From Arenicellales bacterium (lineage in GTDB: Bacteria; Pseudomonadota; Gammaproteobacteria; Arenicellales; JAJDZL01): a stretch of DNA of 64,000 nt. Position numbers and translations under genes: made by a program. Location: the NCBI GenBank assembly GCA_965214785.1, contig OZ243975.1, positions 1,348,914 through 1,412,913 on the forward strand. Reading direction: 5' to 3'. Positions 27,395 through 37,793 of this stretch are shown piece by piece (the stretch's first letter is position 1; each line of letters opens with the position of its first letter). The notes below the pieces were generated by a model. That model saw nothing but the letters and a program-made list of their open reading frames with translations. It was not told where the DNA came from and searched no databases.

Positions 27395-28922
27395 CGACAC
27401 ACCCTGACGTTGATTCAAATGTCGCACCACCCATCAGCAACCCGATTCTTTCAGCGTTTAATTCAGCTATCGGGTAAGCCTTTGACAATTTGCCGGAAAA
27501 CATCACTGCGATACGGGTACACAACTCCATTAACTCGTCAAGGTCCTGAGAAATCACCAGTACTGCGGTACCGCTACCTGCCAATTCCAGCAGAGCTTTG
27601 TGAATGGCAATCTGAGATCCGGCATCGACACCCCAAGTCGGTTGTGAGGCAAGCATCACACTTGGCTGCTGGAGAATTTCTCGTCCAATTAAAAACTTTT
27701 GCAGGTTGCCTCCCGACAAGCTGCCTGCGTCGGTAATTATTCCTGCATGACGCACATCAAACTCATCACACGTTTCCTGCGCATAGCGTTTCGCATTCGA
27801 AAAATTCATCCACTGACGTGCGGCCAGCTGATAGTGACTGTGTCCGGAAAGAAACACGTTTTGTATTAAAGACATACTGCCTACAGCGCCGTGCCCCAAA
27901 CGTTCTTCCGGCACCATCGCCGCGCCAAGACGCCGACGAACGCGAACCGAACTTTTCCCGCAGTCAGTGCCATTGATCGCAATTGCCGCATTGTCGTTAG
28001 CAAGCACTTCGCCAGAAAGCATGTCCATCAGTTCGGTTTGCCCGTTTCCGGCAACCCCTGCAATTCCGAAAATCTCGCCTTTACAGACACTGAAACTAAT
28101 CTGGTCTAAAGAAATACTGCGCTCATTTTCAGCTGCGCGAGTCAAATTGCGCACTTCAAAAATTGGCTGGCCGACGTTTCGCGAACGGTAACTCGGCGGT
28201 TTAAGCGTTTTGCCAATCATCATTTCCGCCAAATTGCGTGTGGTCTGTTCAGTTGGATCACATTCAGCCACCACCTTGCCCTGGCGCAATATCGTGGCGT
28301 GATGACACAGCGTTTGAATTTCCTCAAGTTTATGACTGATATACAAAACCGCACATCCTTCTTTTGACAGCTTTCTCAACACATCAAATAATTTTTCCGC
28401 CTCCTGAGGAGTTAAAACGGAAGTCGGTTCATCCATGATCAGAAGTTTCGGCGATTGCAACAGGCAGCGAACAATCTCAACTCTTTGCCGTTCGCCGACC
28501 GATAAAGTGAAAATATCTCTTTGTGGGTCTAAACCAAGACCGTAGTTCTCCGACACCTGACTTATCTGATCAGCCAGTTCAGCAGGTTTTTTTCCTGACT
28601 TGATCGCAAGTTCAATATTCTCGCGTACGGTCATTGCATCAAAAAGTGAGAAATGCTGAAACACCATTCCAATGCCCATTTCCCGAGCCTGCGCAGGATT
28701 GGCAACTGTGACAGATTTTCCCCGCCAGCGAATCTGTCCCGCATCCGGCGTATAGTAACCGTAAATAATCTTTACCAGCGTGCTCTTGCCGGCTCCGTTT
28801 TCTCCCAGCAACGCATGGATTTGACCGTCGGGTATCGCAATATCAATCGAGTCATTCGCCAGCACTCCTGGGAATGCTTTTGAGATCCGTGTTAATTCCA
28901 AAAGTGGCGGCGCTGCGTTCAT
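27384..28922 (-). CDS. ABC transporter ATP-binding protein with two fused ATPase domains
   Basis: Walker [10 protein letters not shown], the signature [11 protein letters not shown], and a second domain with GVAGNGQ and LSGGNLQK. I prefer the start [10 protein letters not shown] (28922) because it avoids overlap with xdhC. Confidence 0.9.
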   Translation of the reverse strand: MNAAPPLLELTRISKAFPGVLANDSIDIAIPDGQIHALLGENGAGKSTLVKIIYGYYTPDAGQIRWRGKSVTVANPAQAREMGIGMVFQHFSLFDAMTVRENIELAIKSGKKPAELADQISQVSENYGLGLDPQRDIFTLSVGERQRVEIVRCLLQSPKLLIMDEPTSVLTPQEAEKLFDVLRKLSKEGCAVLYISHKLEEIQTLCHHATILRQGKVVAECDPTEQTTRNLAEMMIGKTLKPPSYRSRNVGQPIFEVRNLTRAAENERSISLDQISFSVCKGEIFGIAGVAGNGQTELMDMLSGEVLANDNAAIAINGTDCGKSSVRVRRRLGAAMVPEERLGHGAVGSMSLIQNVFLSGHSHYQLAARQWMNFSNAKRYAQETCDEFDVRHAGIITDAGSLSGGNLQKFLIGREILQQPSVMLASQPTWGVDAGSQIAIHKALLELAGSGTAVLVISQDLDELMELCTRIAVMFSGKLSKAYPIAELNAERIGLLMGGATFESTSGCVDAN

Positions 28923-28944
28923 CGCTTTGTTATCAGTCCCAGCG

Positions 28945-30015
28945 TTAAACGATCGCGGATGCATTTTGCATACTGGGGTCTAAAAACGGGCTGTTGGATA
29001 CCACCTGTTGCTCGCGCAGGTGGTGCGCTTGAAGCAGCTGAGCGGCACTGGACAGCGCGATTGCAGCGGGCATTTTTCCTTTGACCTCGGGCAATCCAAT
29101 TGGGCAATGCAGGCGTTGCAAAATGAACGGTTCCAGTCCGTCTTCGGCAAAGCGTTTGATGAACCTTTGGCGCTTGGTTTGTGAACCAATCAGTCCCAGC
29201 CAGGCGAATTGCCTCCGGCGAAGAATATTCAGACATATCTTGTAATCCAACCCGTGACTGTGCGTCATCACTGCATAAAACGCATCAGGCGACTGGTTTT
29301 CCAACGCCAACAGCGGATCATCCAGTCTTCGGACCTTTGTATTGGGGGGCACTTTTTCTGAAAAAACATTTTCGCGCTGGTCAATCCACTGAATATGAAA
29401 CGGCAGGTCTTCAAGCTGCTTGACAAGTGCTTTGCCAACGTGTCCGGCTCCAAACAAGACAAGTTCAGAGGGCTGTTCATCGACTCGCGTAATGAACCAT
29501 TGCTGATCCTGATCACTGACTAAAACAGATCTGGGTTCAGACTTCTCCAACAGTTTGCTGGCAGCTGCGGTAACGAACGCCGGCAGTCGGTCGGGGTCTC
29601 GTTTGACTCTAAAAATCTCGATCGCACTGTCGTCTGTGAGTCGGCTTGCCAGCATTGCAAATTGTCTGGACCCAATGGCGTCTAACTGCTTGTTCAAGCA
29701 TTTACAGTCTTTTTTTGAAAAAGTCTCAAACAACAAGCGAACTGCACCGCCACAGCACTGGCTCATCGTTACCCCAAGACCAAAATATTCAGTCATGCGC
29801 GTTGCGTGCTCTTTATCACACAGCATTTGACGAGCCCTCGCAATCGCCTCGAACTCAAGTTTGCCGCCGCCAATGCTGTCATAGGTTTCAGATTCAGTCA
29901 CTACAATGCGGGCTCCGACCTCTCGTGGAGCAGAACCTGTGATTTCAATCACGGTTACCAACGCGAACGGCTTGGCGCTTCGCGCCAGTTCATGCATTTG
30001 CTTAAGCCACTTCAT
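28945..30015 (-). CDS. xdhC: xanthine dehydrogenase accessory protein XdhC
   Basis: 356 aa. N-terminal XdhC/CoxI domain (FALVTVIEITGSAPREVGARIVV) and a Rossmann-like C-terminal part (LVLFGAGHVGKAL). It overlaps the xdhB stop by 4 nt. Confidence 0.85.
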   Translation of the reverse strand: MKWLKQMHELARSAKPFALVTVIEITGSAPREVGARIVVTESETYDSIGGGKLEFEAIARARQMLCDKEHATRMTEYFGLGVTMSQCCGGAVRLLFETFSKKDCKCLNKQLDAIGSRQFAMLASRLTDDSAIEIFRVKRDPDRLPAFVTAAASKLLEKSEPRSVLVSDQDQQWFITRVDEQPSELVLFGAGHVGKALVKQLEDLPFHIQWIDQRENVFSEKVPPNTKVRRLDDPLLALENQSPDAFYAVMTHSHGLDYKICLNILRRRQFAWLGLIGSQTKRQRFIKRFAEDGLEPFILQRLHCPIGLPEVKGKMPAAIALSSAAQLLQAHHLREQQVVSNSPFLDPSMQNASAIV

Positions 30016-32342
30016 TTTTCGTTGCCTTGCGTTGAGATTTGATCAATAGCCAATAACACGCGCTCTGGAGTTGCCGGTGCGTTCAATACAGGCGCTCGTG
30101 AATAACCCGATACACTGGAAATTGCATCTGCAATTGCGCTGAAAACCGAAATGCCAAGCATCAGCGGTGGTTCGCCAACTGCTTTGGAGCGATATATTGT
30201 TTGCTCGGTATTTTTCCCCTTCTCCCAGATATTGACAATGAACTTGTCCGGAACATCACCGCTTACGGGTATTTTGTAAGTCGAAGGGGCGTGCGTACGC
30301 AATGCGCCTTTGTCATCCCACCACAACTCCTCGCTGGTCAACCAGCCGGCACCTTGAACGAAACCACCTTCAATTTGCCCGATATCAACTGCCGGATTCA
30401 GCGACTGACCCACATCGTGCAAAATATCTACGCGGCACAATTTGTACTCTCCGGTCAGAATGTCAACGGCCACCTCACTGACCGCAACTCCATAAGCGAA
30501 ATAAAAAAACGGCCGTCCAGTCATGGTCGTTCGGTCCCAGTTAATTTTTGGAGTCCTGTAATGGCCGGTCGCTGAAAGCGATATACGTTCGCGGTGCGTT
30601 TGAGCCACAACTTCCTCAAATCTCATTGTGCGGTTTCCAGCCACAACCATTGCGTTCAAAAACTGCACTTCGCGTGTGCTGACCTGTCCCATTCGAGCCG
30701 CTACTTCGCGTATGCGGTTTTTGATGGTTCGTGCAGCACTTTGCGCAGCCTTGCCATTGATATCAGACCCCGACGAAGCCGCAGTAGCCGCGGTATTGGG
30801 TACGCGAGAGGTGTTGGTTTCCATGATCTTAATGCGTTCTAAGGGCAATGAAAACTCTTGCGCAACAACCTGCGCCACCTTGATGAAAAGACCTTGGCCC
30901 ATTTCAGTGCCGCCGTGACTTAAATGGACACTGCCGTCAGTATACACATGAACCAATGCACTGGCATGATTGAAGTGAGTCGCGGTAAATGAAATTCCAA
31001 ATTTCACTGGTGTTAGCGCGATCCCCCTTTTTATTGTGCCGCCGCCTCGATTGAGTTGGCGAATCTTTTTTCTGCGAGCACTATAGTTTGAAGTTTTGAC
31101 CAGCTCACGAGTCATTTCCGGCAGCACGAAATCACTGACTGTCATTTGATATGGAGTGACATTGCGCGAACGTTTTCCGTAATAATTCGCGCGCCGCACG
31201 GCAAGCGCATCTTTTTTCAAGAAACAGGCAATTCGGTCCATGATGTGTTCAATACAAAACATACCTTGCGGAGCCCCAAAACCGCGGAATGCCGTATTTG
31301 AGACAGTGTTGGTGCGACAAAGCCAGGTGGTTGCTTCCATATTTTCGAGGTAGTACGCGTTGTCGACATGCAACAGTGCACGGTCATTAATGGGTGCCGA
31401 CAAATCGGCTGAGTATCCGCAGCGCGATGCCATATCGACAACCAACGCGGAAATTCGTCCAGCATCATCAAATCCGACTTCGAAGCCAAACCAGAAATCA
31501 TGGCGTTTGCCAGTAGCCAGCATATCAATATCGCGGTCTAGGCGGACTTTTGCCGCTCGTCCGGTATGATCAGCAACTATCGATGCGATGCATGCCCATT
31601 GAGCCGCTTGGGTCTCCTTACCGCCAAATCCACCGCCCATCCGACGAACTTCGACCGTGATTGCGTGTAACGGCTTGTTCAGCACTCGACCAACGAGCTG
31701 CTGTATTTCAGAAGGATGCTGGGTTGAACAGTAGACAACGACGTCACCGTCTTCTTTGGGCACTGCCATTGAGACTTGGCCTTCGAGATAGAAATGGTCC
31801 TGTCCACCGCACTCGATCTCACCGCGAATGCGATGGGCCGAAGTCTCGAGCGCAACTTCTGGATTACCGGTTCTGACTGTCGATGGCGGAAGTACGAATG
31901 ATTCTTTGTCCAACGCATCATTGATATTGAGTATCGGTTCTTCAAGCTGATATTTCACGTCAGCCAAAGCGCAGGCGGTGCGCGCCTGGATTTCGGATTC
32001 GCCAGCGACTGCGAACAGCACCTGTCCTGCAAAGTCCACGCGCTGGTGCGCAAACACCGGATCATCGCCAATCGTTGGGCTGCAATCATTTTGTCCGGGA
32101 ATCGAATCGGCCGCGAAGACTGCTACAACACCTGGAGCGGCTGCAACATCATCAAGATTCATCGACACGATACGCGCTGACGGATGAGGACTCAATGCCA
32201 CCCAAACATGCAGCAGGTCTCGAGGCTCAGGGATGTCATCGATATAGTAAGCTTGTCCGCAAACGTGTTTTTCAGCACTGTCGTGTGCCGTTGGCGAGTG
32301 CACCGCACCATGAACAGGTCTGTTCAATGTCTGGTCAAGCAT
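30012..32342 (-). CDS. xdhB: xanthine dehydrogenase molybdopterin-binding large subunit
   Basis: 776 aa from MLDQTLNRPVHG. Contains GGGFGGKE, the FRGFGAPQG motif and a C-terminal Mo-binding region. The start ATG 32342 overlaps the xdhA stop (32335-32337). Confidence 0.9.
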   Translation of the reverse strand: MLDQTLNRPVHGAVHSPTAHDSAEKHVCGQAYYIDDIPEPRDLLHVWVALSPHPSARIVSMNLDDVAAAPGVVAVFAADSIPGQNDCSPTIGDDPVFAHQRVDFAGQVLFAVAGESEIQARTACALADVKYQLEEPILNINDALDKESFVLPPSTVRTGNPEVALETSAHRIRGEIECGGQDHFYLEGQVSMAVPKEDGDVVVYCSTQHPSEIQQLVGRVLNKPLHAITVEVRRMGGGFGGKETQAAQWACIASIVADHTGRAAKVRLDRDIDMLATGKRHDFWFGFEVGFDDAGRISALVVDMASRCGYSADLSAPINDRALLHVDNAYYLENMEATTWLCRTNTVSNTAFRGFGAPQGMFCIEHIMDRIACFLKKDALAVRRANYYGKRSRNVTPYQMTVSDFVLPEMTRELVKTSNYSARRKKIRQLNRGGGTIKRGIALTPVKFGISFTATHFNHASALVHVYTDGSVHLSHGGTEMGQGLFIKVAQVVAQEFSLPLERIKIMETNTSRVPNTAATAASSGSDINGKAAQSAARTIKNRIREVAARMGQVSTREVQFLNAMVVAGNRTMRFEEVVAQTHRERISLSATGHYRTPKINWDRTTMTGRPFFYFAYGVAVSEVAVDILTGEYKLCRVDILHDVGQSLNPAVDIGQIEGGFVQGAGWLTSEELWWDDKGALRTHAPSTYKIPVSGDVPDKFIVNIWEKGKNTEQTIYRSKAVGEPPLMLGISVFSAIADAISSVSGYSRAPVLNAPATPERVLLAIDQISTQGNEK

Positions 32343-33801
32343 CGAGTGCTCCCCACACCGACTGGGCAGCTGAAGCTGTTGACGAAAGCTCATTAGCGAA
32401 CTTTTCAACCAGATTGCCGGCCACCCGCATTCGGTATTGAGCACTGCCTCGGAAGTCGCTGATTGCACTATAGTCTTCCTGTAAGGCACTGCGGGCACAT
32501 TCAATGCCCTTTTTTGTTAGTCCTTCGCGCACAATAACCCGCTCGCAATTGAACGCTCGTCGCGGGGTCGGTGCCATCCCGCCAAAACACACGCGGGCTG
32601 ATTTGATTCCCCCTGCCTGTCCGCGAACGATTGAAAATGCGCCGCATACTGCAGAAATATCCTGGTGATAACGCTTTGACAGTTTGTAGATTCGAAAATA
32701 CTGCTGCGCCACGGGCAAAGGCACAATAACCTTTGATAGGAATTCCCCCGGTTTTAGATCCTGCACGCCATAATCGATAAAGAATTCTTCAGCCGAGATT
32801 TCACGGCTGCCACTTTGACTCGTAATAATAAGTTTTGCGTCCAATGCCACCAAAGCCGGCAGTGTATCACCGATCGGTGAACCATTGGCGACGTTGCCGC
32901 CGATGGTTGCGAGATTTCGTATCTGGACAGAACCGAAACGCTCAAACAGCTGTCTCATCGCTGGATAATGTTCTGCAAACGGCTCCATAGCTCGAGCCAC
33001 TGTGACACTTGCACCAATATGAATTGCGTTCGCTTCAACCGTAAGCTGTTTTAACGAGTCGATGGCGCTGATATTAACAATCGTGCCCAGATCGCGTCCT
33101 TGCTTTGTTACCCACAGGCCAACATCTGTCGCACCAGCAACAATTCGGCTTTGTGGGCGTTGCGCGAGCACTTGTGCCAGTTCTTCGGTTGTAGACGGAG
33201 CGAAATACAATTTGCCCTGACTGCCTGCACAAACTGCCTTTCCTGCATTTAAATTTTCAAGTTGTTCAATCGTTTCATCTTGTCGCTGGTTAAACTTGTC
33301 TTCGACCTCAACAGACAGTACCTTGCGCGCTGCCGAGACAATCGGCGCGTAGCCGGTGCATCTGCACAGATTGCCTGCGATAGCATTGTCAATCGATGCT
33401 TTATTCGAATTTACCCGATTGTGAACCATTGCGAACATTGACATGACAAACCCTGGTGTGCAAAACCCGCATTGCGAGCCGTGTTCATCTACCATCGCCT
33501 GCTGAACCGGATGCATTTGTCCATTGTGATCGCACAGGTGTTCTACTGTAATCAACTGCTTTGCATGCAAAAACGGAATAAACATAATGCACGAATTGAC
33601 AGCTTCATATTGCATCTTGCCTTTTTGTTGCGATCCGATGACGACGGTACAGGCACCGCAGTCGCCTTCAGCGCACCCTTCCTTGGTACCGGTCATTCGC
33701 TGTTGCCGCAAGTATTGAAGCACCGTCATTGTCGGTTCAGCGCAGCTGACCTCGATTGGTGTGGTGCCTAACAAAAAGCGAATCGTATCATCGGCGCTCA
33801 T
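32335..33801 (-). CDS. xdhA: xanthine dehydrogenase small subunit (2Fe-2S + FAD-binding)
   Basis: 488 aa. CAEGDCGACTV and CRCTGY iron-sulfur motifs plus a FAD-binding middle domain. ATGA start/stop overlap with uraH at 33801. Confidence 0.9.
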   Translation of the reverse strand: MSADDTIRFLLGTTPIEVSCAEPTMTVLQYLRQQRMTGTKEGCAEGDCGACTVVIGSQQKGKMQYEAVNSCIMFIPFLHAKQLITVEHLCDHNGQMHPVQQAMVDEHGSQCGFCTPGFVMSMFAMVHNRVNSNKASIDNAIAGNLCRCTGYAPIVSAARKVLSVEVEDKFNQRQDETIEQLENLNAGKAVCAGSQGKLYFAPSTTEELAQVLAQRPQSRIVAGATDVGLWVTKQGRDLGTIVNISAIDSLKQLTVEANAIHIGASVTVARAMEPFAEHYPAMRQLFERFGSVQIRNLATIGGNVANGSPIGDTLPALVALDAKLIITSQSGSREISAEEFFIDYGVQDLKPGEFLSKVIVPLPVAQQYFRIYKLSKRYHQDISAVCGAFSIVRGQAGGIKSARVCFGGMAPTPRRAFNCERVIVREGLTKKGIECARSALQEDYSAISDFRGSAQYRMRVAGNLVEKFANELSSTASAAQSVWGALDA

Positions 33802-34151
33802 CAGCTTCCCCGGTAAGTTGAATATCCATAGCGTGATAGCAGCAAGGGCACATGGTAATGTTCATCAGCATTGGCAATGCCAAAGCGAATCACGACCTCA
33901 TCCAAAAATGGCTGTCCGTCACATTCGACACCCATAGACTGAAAATAAGCTCCTGCCTGAAATACCAGTTCGTAAGTCCCAGCGGACATTGAACCTGCCT
34001 CCATCAGGGGTGAATCCACCCGGCCATCATCGTTTGTGCTGCAAGTGCAGACAGCCGCACGTTGATCGTCGAGTCTATAGAGCGTTATTTGAATATTTTT
34101 GCCCGGACATCCGTGGACCAGGTCCAGTACATGTGTGGTCAGTCTTCCCAA
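33801..34151 (-). CDS. uraH: 5-hydroxyisourate hydrolase (transthyretin-like)
   Basis: 116 aa. LTTHVLD N-terminus and the diagnostic C-terminal YRGS. Confidence 0.9.
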   Translation of the reverse strand: MGRLTTHVLDLVHGCPGKNIQITLYRLDDQRAAVCTCSTNDDGRVDSPLMEAGSMSAGTYELVFQAGAYFQSMGVECDGQPFLDEVVIRFGIANADEHYHVPLLLSRYGYSTYRGS

Positions 34152-34164
34152 TTTTTAGCCCCCG

Positions 34165-35388
34165 CTAATTCGTCTTAGGAGTGTTAAGCGCTTTGTCGTT
34201 CAATCCGGCATACCACGATGATAACGCAGTGCGTTCTTCCTCTGTCATTTGAGTCAAATTCCCTATCGGCATTGAACGAGTGGCGACAGCTGTCGTAAAT
34301 ATACGCGAAGAAAGGTTGAAGATGTGCTCATCGGTATCCAAAATGACCCCGCCTGGTGCAGTTTGAAAACCCGCTTGCACGGGGGTTTGGGAGTGACAGA
34401 CTGTGCAGCGTTTGTGAATAATTTCCCGCGCCGCATCCATACTCGTCGTTTGCTCGGCAGACGACTGAAGTATCGATTTGGGCACGCTGAGCGCTGCGAT
34501 TGCCACTAGTCCGGCAAATGCGACAGCCAGCAGCCACCATTTCGGACCGGGCAAATGGCGCACATTGAAGTAGTGTCGAACCAGTATGCCAACCAATGCC
34601 AGGCCGATTAAAACCGCCCAGTTCCAGTCGCTGCCAAAAGTCGATGGATAGTGACCGGCGATCATAATGAACAATACCGGCAGTGTGAAATAATTATTGT
34701 GGCGCGAGCGCATCAACGCTGCTGCGCCGAGTGACGCATCTTTTTCACCACCTGTTTTCATAGCATTTACCAGCGATTTTTGAGACGGTATGATGACTGC
34801 CATTACGTTCAGCACCATAATGGTGCCGATGGCTGCGCCGATGTGGATATAAGCTCCCCTGCCACTGAAAACCTGACAAAGAACGAAAGTGAGAATCGAA
34901 AAATAAACAAATACGATAAACGCAGTCCATTGGCTTTGTTTAGCTACCGGTGAGCGGCACAGCAGGTCATACAACACCCAGGAAACCGCAAGCACCAAGA
35001 TGCCTATGACAACTCCCTGCCACGGATCCAGAGCGTTGACAGATGGGTCAAGCAGATAAACGCGTGCATCGATATAAAATACCAAAACAAGCAGCACAAG
35101 ACCGGTGAACCATGTGGCGTAGGCTTCCCACTTAAACCAGTGAAGAGTCGAAGGTAGTTGATCAGGGGCAACCTGGTATTTACTGACGTGATAAAAGCCG
35201 CCGCCGTGTATCGCCCACAGATCGCCTTCGATTTCGGCAGATTGACGGTGCGAACGCTCTAGTCTGTTTTCCAGCCAGTTGAAGTAAAACGAAGCACCGA
35301 TCCATGCAATTCCGACAATCAGATGAGACCAGCGAAACGCAAGTTCAAGCCACTGAACAATGTACGATTCGATAGGGTTCGCGAACAT
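34165..35388 (-). CDS. puuD: membrane-bound urate hydroxylase PuuD (cytochrome c type)
   Basis: 407 aa. Multi-TM N-terminal part (RWSHLIVGIAWIGASFYFNWLENRL) and a C-terminal heme c motif CTVCHS. Confidence 0.85.
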   Translation of the reverse strand: MFANPIESYIVQWLELAFRWSHLIVGIAWIGASFYFNWLENRLERSHRQSAEIEGDLWAIHGGGFYHVSKYQVAPDQLPSTLHWFKWEAYATWFTGLVLLVLVFYIDARVYLLDPSVNALDPWQGVVIGILVLAVSWVLYDLLCRSPVAKQSQWTAFIVFVYFSILTFVLCQVFSGRGAYIHIGAAIGTIMVLNVMAVIIPSQKSLVNAMKTGGEKDASLGAAALMRSRHNNYFTLPVLFIMIAGHYPSTFGSDWNWAVLIGLALVGILVRHYFNVRHLPGPKWWLLAVAFAGLVAIAALSVPKSILQSSAEQTTSMDAAREIIHKRCTVCHSQTPVQAGFQTAPGGVILDTDEHIFNLSSRIFTTAVATRSMPIGNLTQMTEEERTALSSWYAGLNDKALNTPKTN

Positions 35389-35433
35389 AGCTATGGTAAG
35401 AAAAAACTACTTGCGTTGTGCTTTTAAGTTATT

Positions 35434-35625
35434 TCAGGCGTCGTATTTGCGCTTTACGACTTCGGCAGTAACCTTGGAAATCTCCAGAGCACTTTGCCCG
35501 ATTGATCCATTGACGTGATCCGTCATCATTCCAAGACCGCAAGAGGTGTCGAACTTCCGATTGAGTAAGTCTAACGAAGGGGTGGCTATAGTAGTCTCTC
35601 CGCCATTGTTCAAGGGGTTACTCAT
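35434..35625 (-). CDS. hypothetical small protein (63 aa) at the head of the purine-catabolism gene string
   Basis: GAGGA lies 7 nt upstream of the ATG, 45 nt upstream of puuD on the same strand. I do not recognise a family. Confidence 0.4.
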   Translation of the reverse strand: MSNPLNNGGETTIATPSLDLLNRKFDTSCGLGMMTDHVNGSIGQSALEISKVTAEVVKRKYDA

Positions 35626-36274
35626 GGGTGTTCCTCAACTGTTATAGTTAGTTCGCTGCAGAGCGTGATTTTAGCAAAATAGCGACTATCGATTAATAAC
35701 AAACGCAGTTGCAACAAGACGGACATTTAGTCCCGCCAATTGTTTGAGCTGATTAAATTGACCGCTATAACTGAACAAATCAGTTCGTTTTGCATATCGC
35801 TCTGCCAGTTGAGTTGAACCATACAGTTGAGAAGTGGACTTGTATGAGTTGGTCATTGAAGACCGTAGTTGTGATGAAGAACCTGAAGAGCTAAAAACGG
35901 CCAGATAAGTTCCTTGACCGAGATGTCCAATTTCGCGGCCACTTGATCTGGCGAAAAGTGTTTCTGATCCATGGCCAACTCGCTCACTTGCATGAATGCT
36001 TTCGAAAACAGGGGTAAGTCAGTCGCAAATTGCGAGTTGTACCCGTAGTCATTCGGAATGTCTTTCTAGCAGCTCGTGCGGATTTGTCATCAAGCAGATG
36101 TTCGCACAGCACCGCTCTTCCAGACAAGCCTGGCACCAGTTCAATGAGTCTTGCTTTGACTTGTCATTGCCAATTTCAGTCATTGTGGAATCTGGCAATC
36201 GATACAATCACAATTTTTTATTGTACGGTTCTTAAAATTGGCGTTTTCCCAAACTGCAAACAGTTTCTAAGTTT

Positions 36275-37783
36275 ATGAGCAACTTTTTCGACACTCTGCA
36301 TCAGCGCATGACGGCATCTTCAAATCGGGTTTTCATTCAGTTGAACGACGGTTCTACGATCAGTTACGGTCAGGCAGACAAGCTGTGTGCACAGTTAGCG
36401 AATAAACTTACCGCTTTGGGACTGTCACCTGGTGATCGTGTTACCGCACAAGTGGAAAAATCGCCACAGGCAGTCATCGTGTTTTTGGCATGCATGAGAG
36501 CCGGATTCATATTTCATCCCCTCAATACAGCCTACACCGCGCATGAACTGGAGTACTTCATAGACGACGCCATGCCATCGGTGATAGTATGCGATCCTTC
36601 CAATTCAAACACTGTCAGTGATCTGGCCAGGCGCAATCAGGTAAATCACGTTGCCACGATGGATGCCAATGGACAAGGAACGTTGTGGGACAAACTCGAT
36701 GAGTTCGATGGAAATTTCGAAACCGCCCCGTGTGATAGCGAAGACATTGCGCTTTTGATCTACACCTCGGGTACAACAGGCAAGCCCAAAGGCGCGATGA
36801 TCACTCATCGTAACCTTGCCTTTAACGCTCGCGCCATGGTCGATATCTGGAAATGGGAGGCGCAAGACGTTCTGGCACATGTGCTGCCGCTGTTTCATAT
36901 ACATGGACTTTGCTTCGCGTTGCTTTGCCCAATGATGTGTGGTGCTCGAATATTGTTTCAGCAGCATTTTTCGGTCAATAAAACCATTGAACTGCTTGCG
37001 AGTATCACTGCAATGATGGCGGTGCCAACGATATACACGCGATTGCTTAGCGATGAGCGTTTTAACCGCGAAACATGTCGGAACATCCGGATTTTTATTT
37101 CCGGTTCGGCACCCATGCTGCCAGAGACGTTCGCTGAAATTGAACAAAGGTGCGGGCTTCGCGTCGTTGAACGATATGGAATGTCAGAAGCGCAGATTAT
37201 CACGTCAAATCCTGTTGACGGTGTCCAACGACCAGGTACCGTCGGCAGCGCACTGCCTGAGGTTCGATTACGGGTACGTGATGACGCCGGAGGCGAATTG
37301 AAAACCGGGCATCCAGGCATACTCGAAGTCAAAGGTCCAAACGTATTTAAAGGCTACTGGCAAAATCATGAGGCAACTCAAAAGGCAATTCGTGCAGATG
37401 GTTACTTCATAACCGGCGACATTGCAACAATCGATGACTGTGGTGTCGTTTCAATTGTAGGAAGATCCAGCGACTTGATCGTGACTGGCGGCTTTAATGT
37501 ATACCCCAAAGAGATTGAAATTGAGCTAAACCAAATTGACGGGGTGACCGATTCGGCTGTGATCGGCACTGCACACCCGGACCTCGGTGAAGCAGTTGTA
37601 GCGATAGTCGTATCAAGCAATAAAGCTGTTGATGAAGCACACATTGCATCATCATTGGCTAATACGCTGTCGCGTTTCAAACTTCCAAAAAAATATATTT
37701 TTCTCGATGAACTGCCCACAAATGCTATGGGCAAAGTGGAAAAAAACGCATTGCGCAAACAATACAAGAACGTATTTGCTTAA
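36275..37783 (+). CDS. matB: malonyl-CoA synthetase-like acyl-CoA ligase (AMP-forming)
   Basis: 502 aa. YTSGTTGKPKG AMP-binding motif. The N-terminal half (GDRVTAQVEKSPQAVIVFLACMRAGFIFHPLNTAYTAHELEYFIDDA) closely resembles the rhizobial MatB as I remember it. Confidence 0.75.
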   Translation: MSNFFDTLHQRMTASSNRVFIQLNDGSTISYGQADKLCAQLANKLTALGLSPGDRVTAQVEKSPQAVIVFLACMRAGFIFHPLNTAYTAHELEYFIDDAMPSVIVCDPSNSNTVSDLARRNQVNHVATMDANGQGTLWDKLDEFDGNFETAPCDSEDIALLIYTSGTTGKPKGAMITHRNLAFNARAMVDIWKWEAQDVLAHVLPLFHIHGLCFALLCPMMCGARILFQQHFSVNKTIELLASITAMMAVPTIYTRLLSDERFNRETCRNIRIFISGSAPMLPETFAEIEQRCGLRVVERYGMSEAQIITSNPVDGVQRPGTVGSALPEVRLRVRDDAGGELKTGHPGILEVKGPNVFKGYWQNHEATQKAIRADGYFITGDIATIDDCGVVSIVGRSSDLIVTGGFNVYPKEIEIELNQIDGVTDSAVIGTAHPDLGEAVVAIVVSSNKAVDEAHIASSLANTLSRFKLPKKYIFLDELPTNAMGKVEKNALRKQYKNVFA

Positions 37784-37793
37784 AACACAAGAA

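Noticed and set aside
32343-32504. A 54-codon N-terminal extension of xdhB suggested by the track (start at 32504).
   Set aside because: It would overlap the last 170 nt of xdhA in another frame. The internal ATG at 32342 gives the usual XdhB N-terminus and a typical short start/stop overlap.
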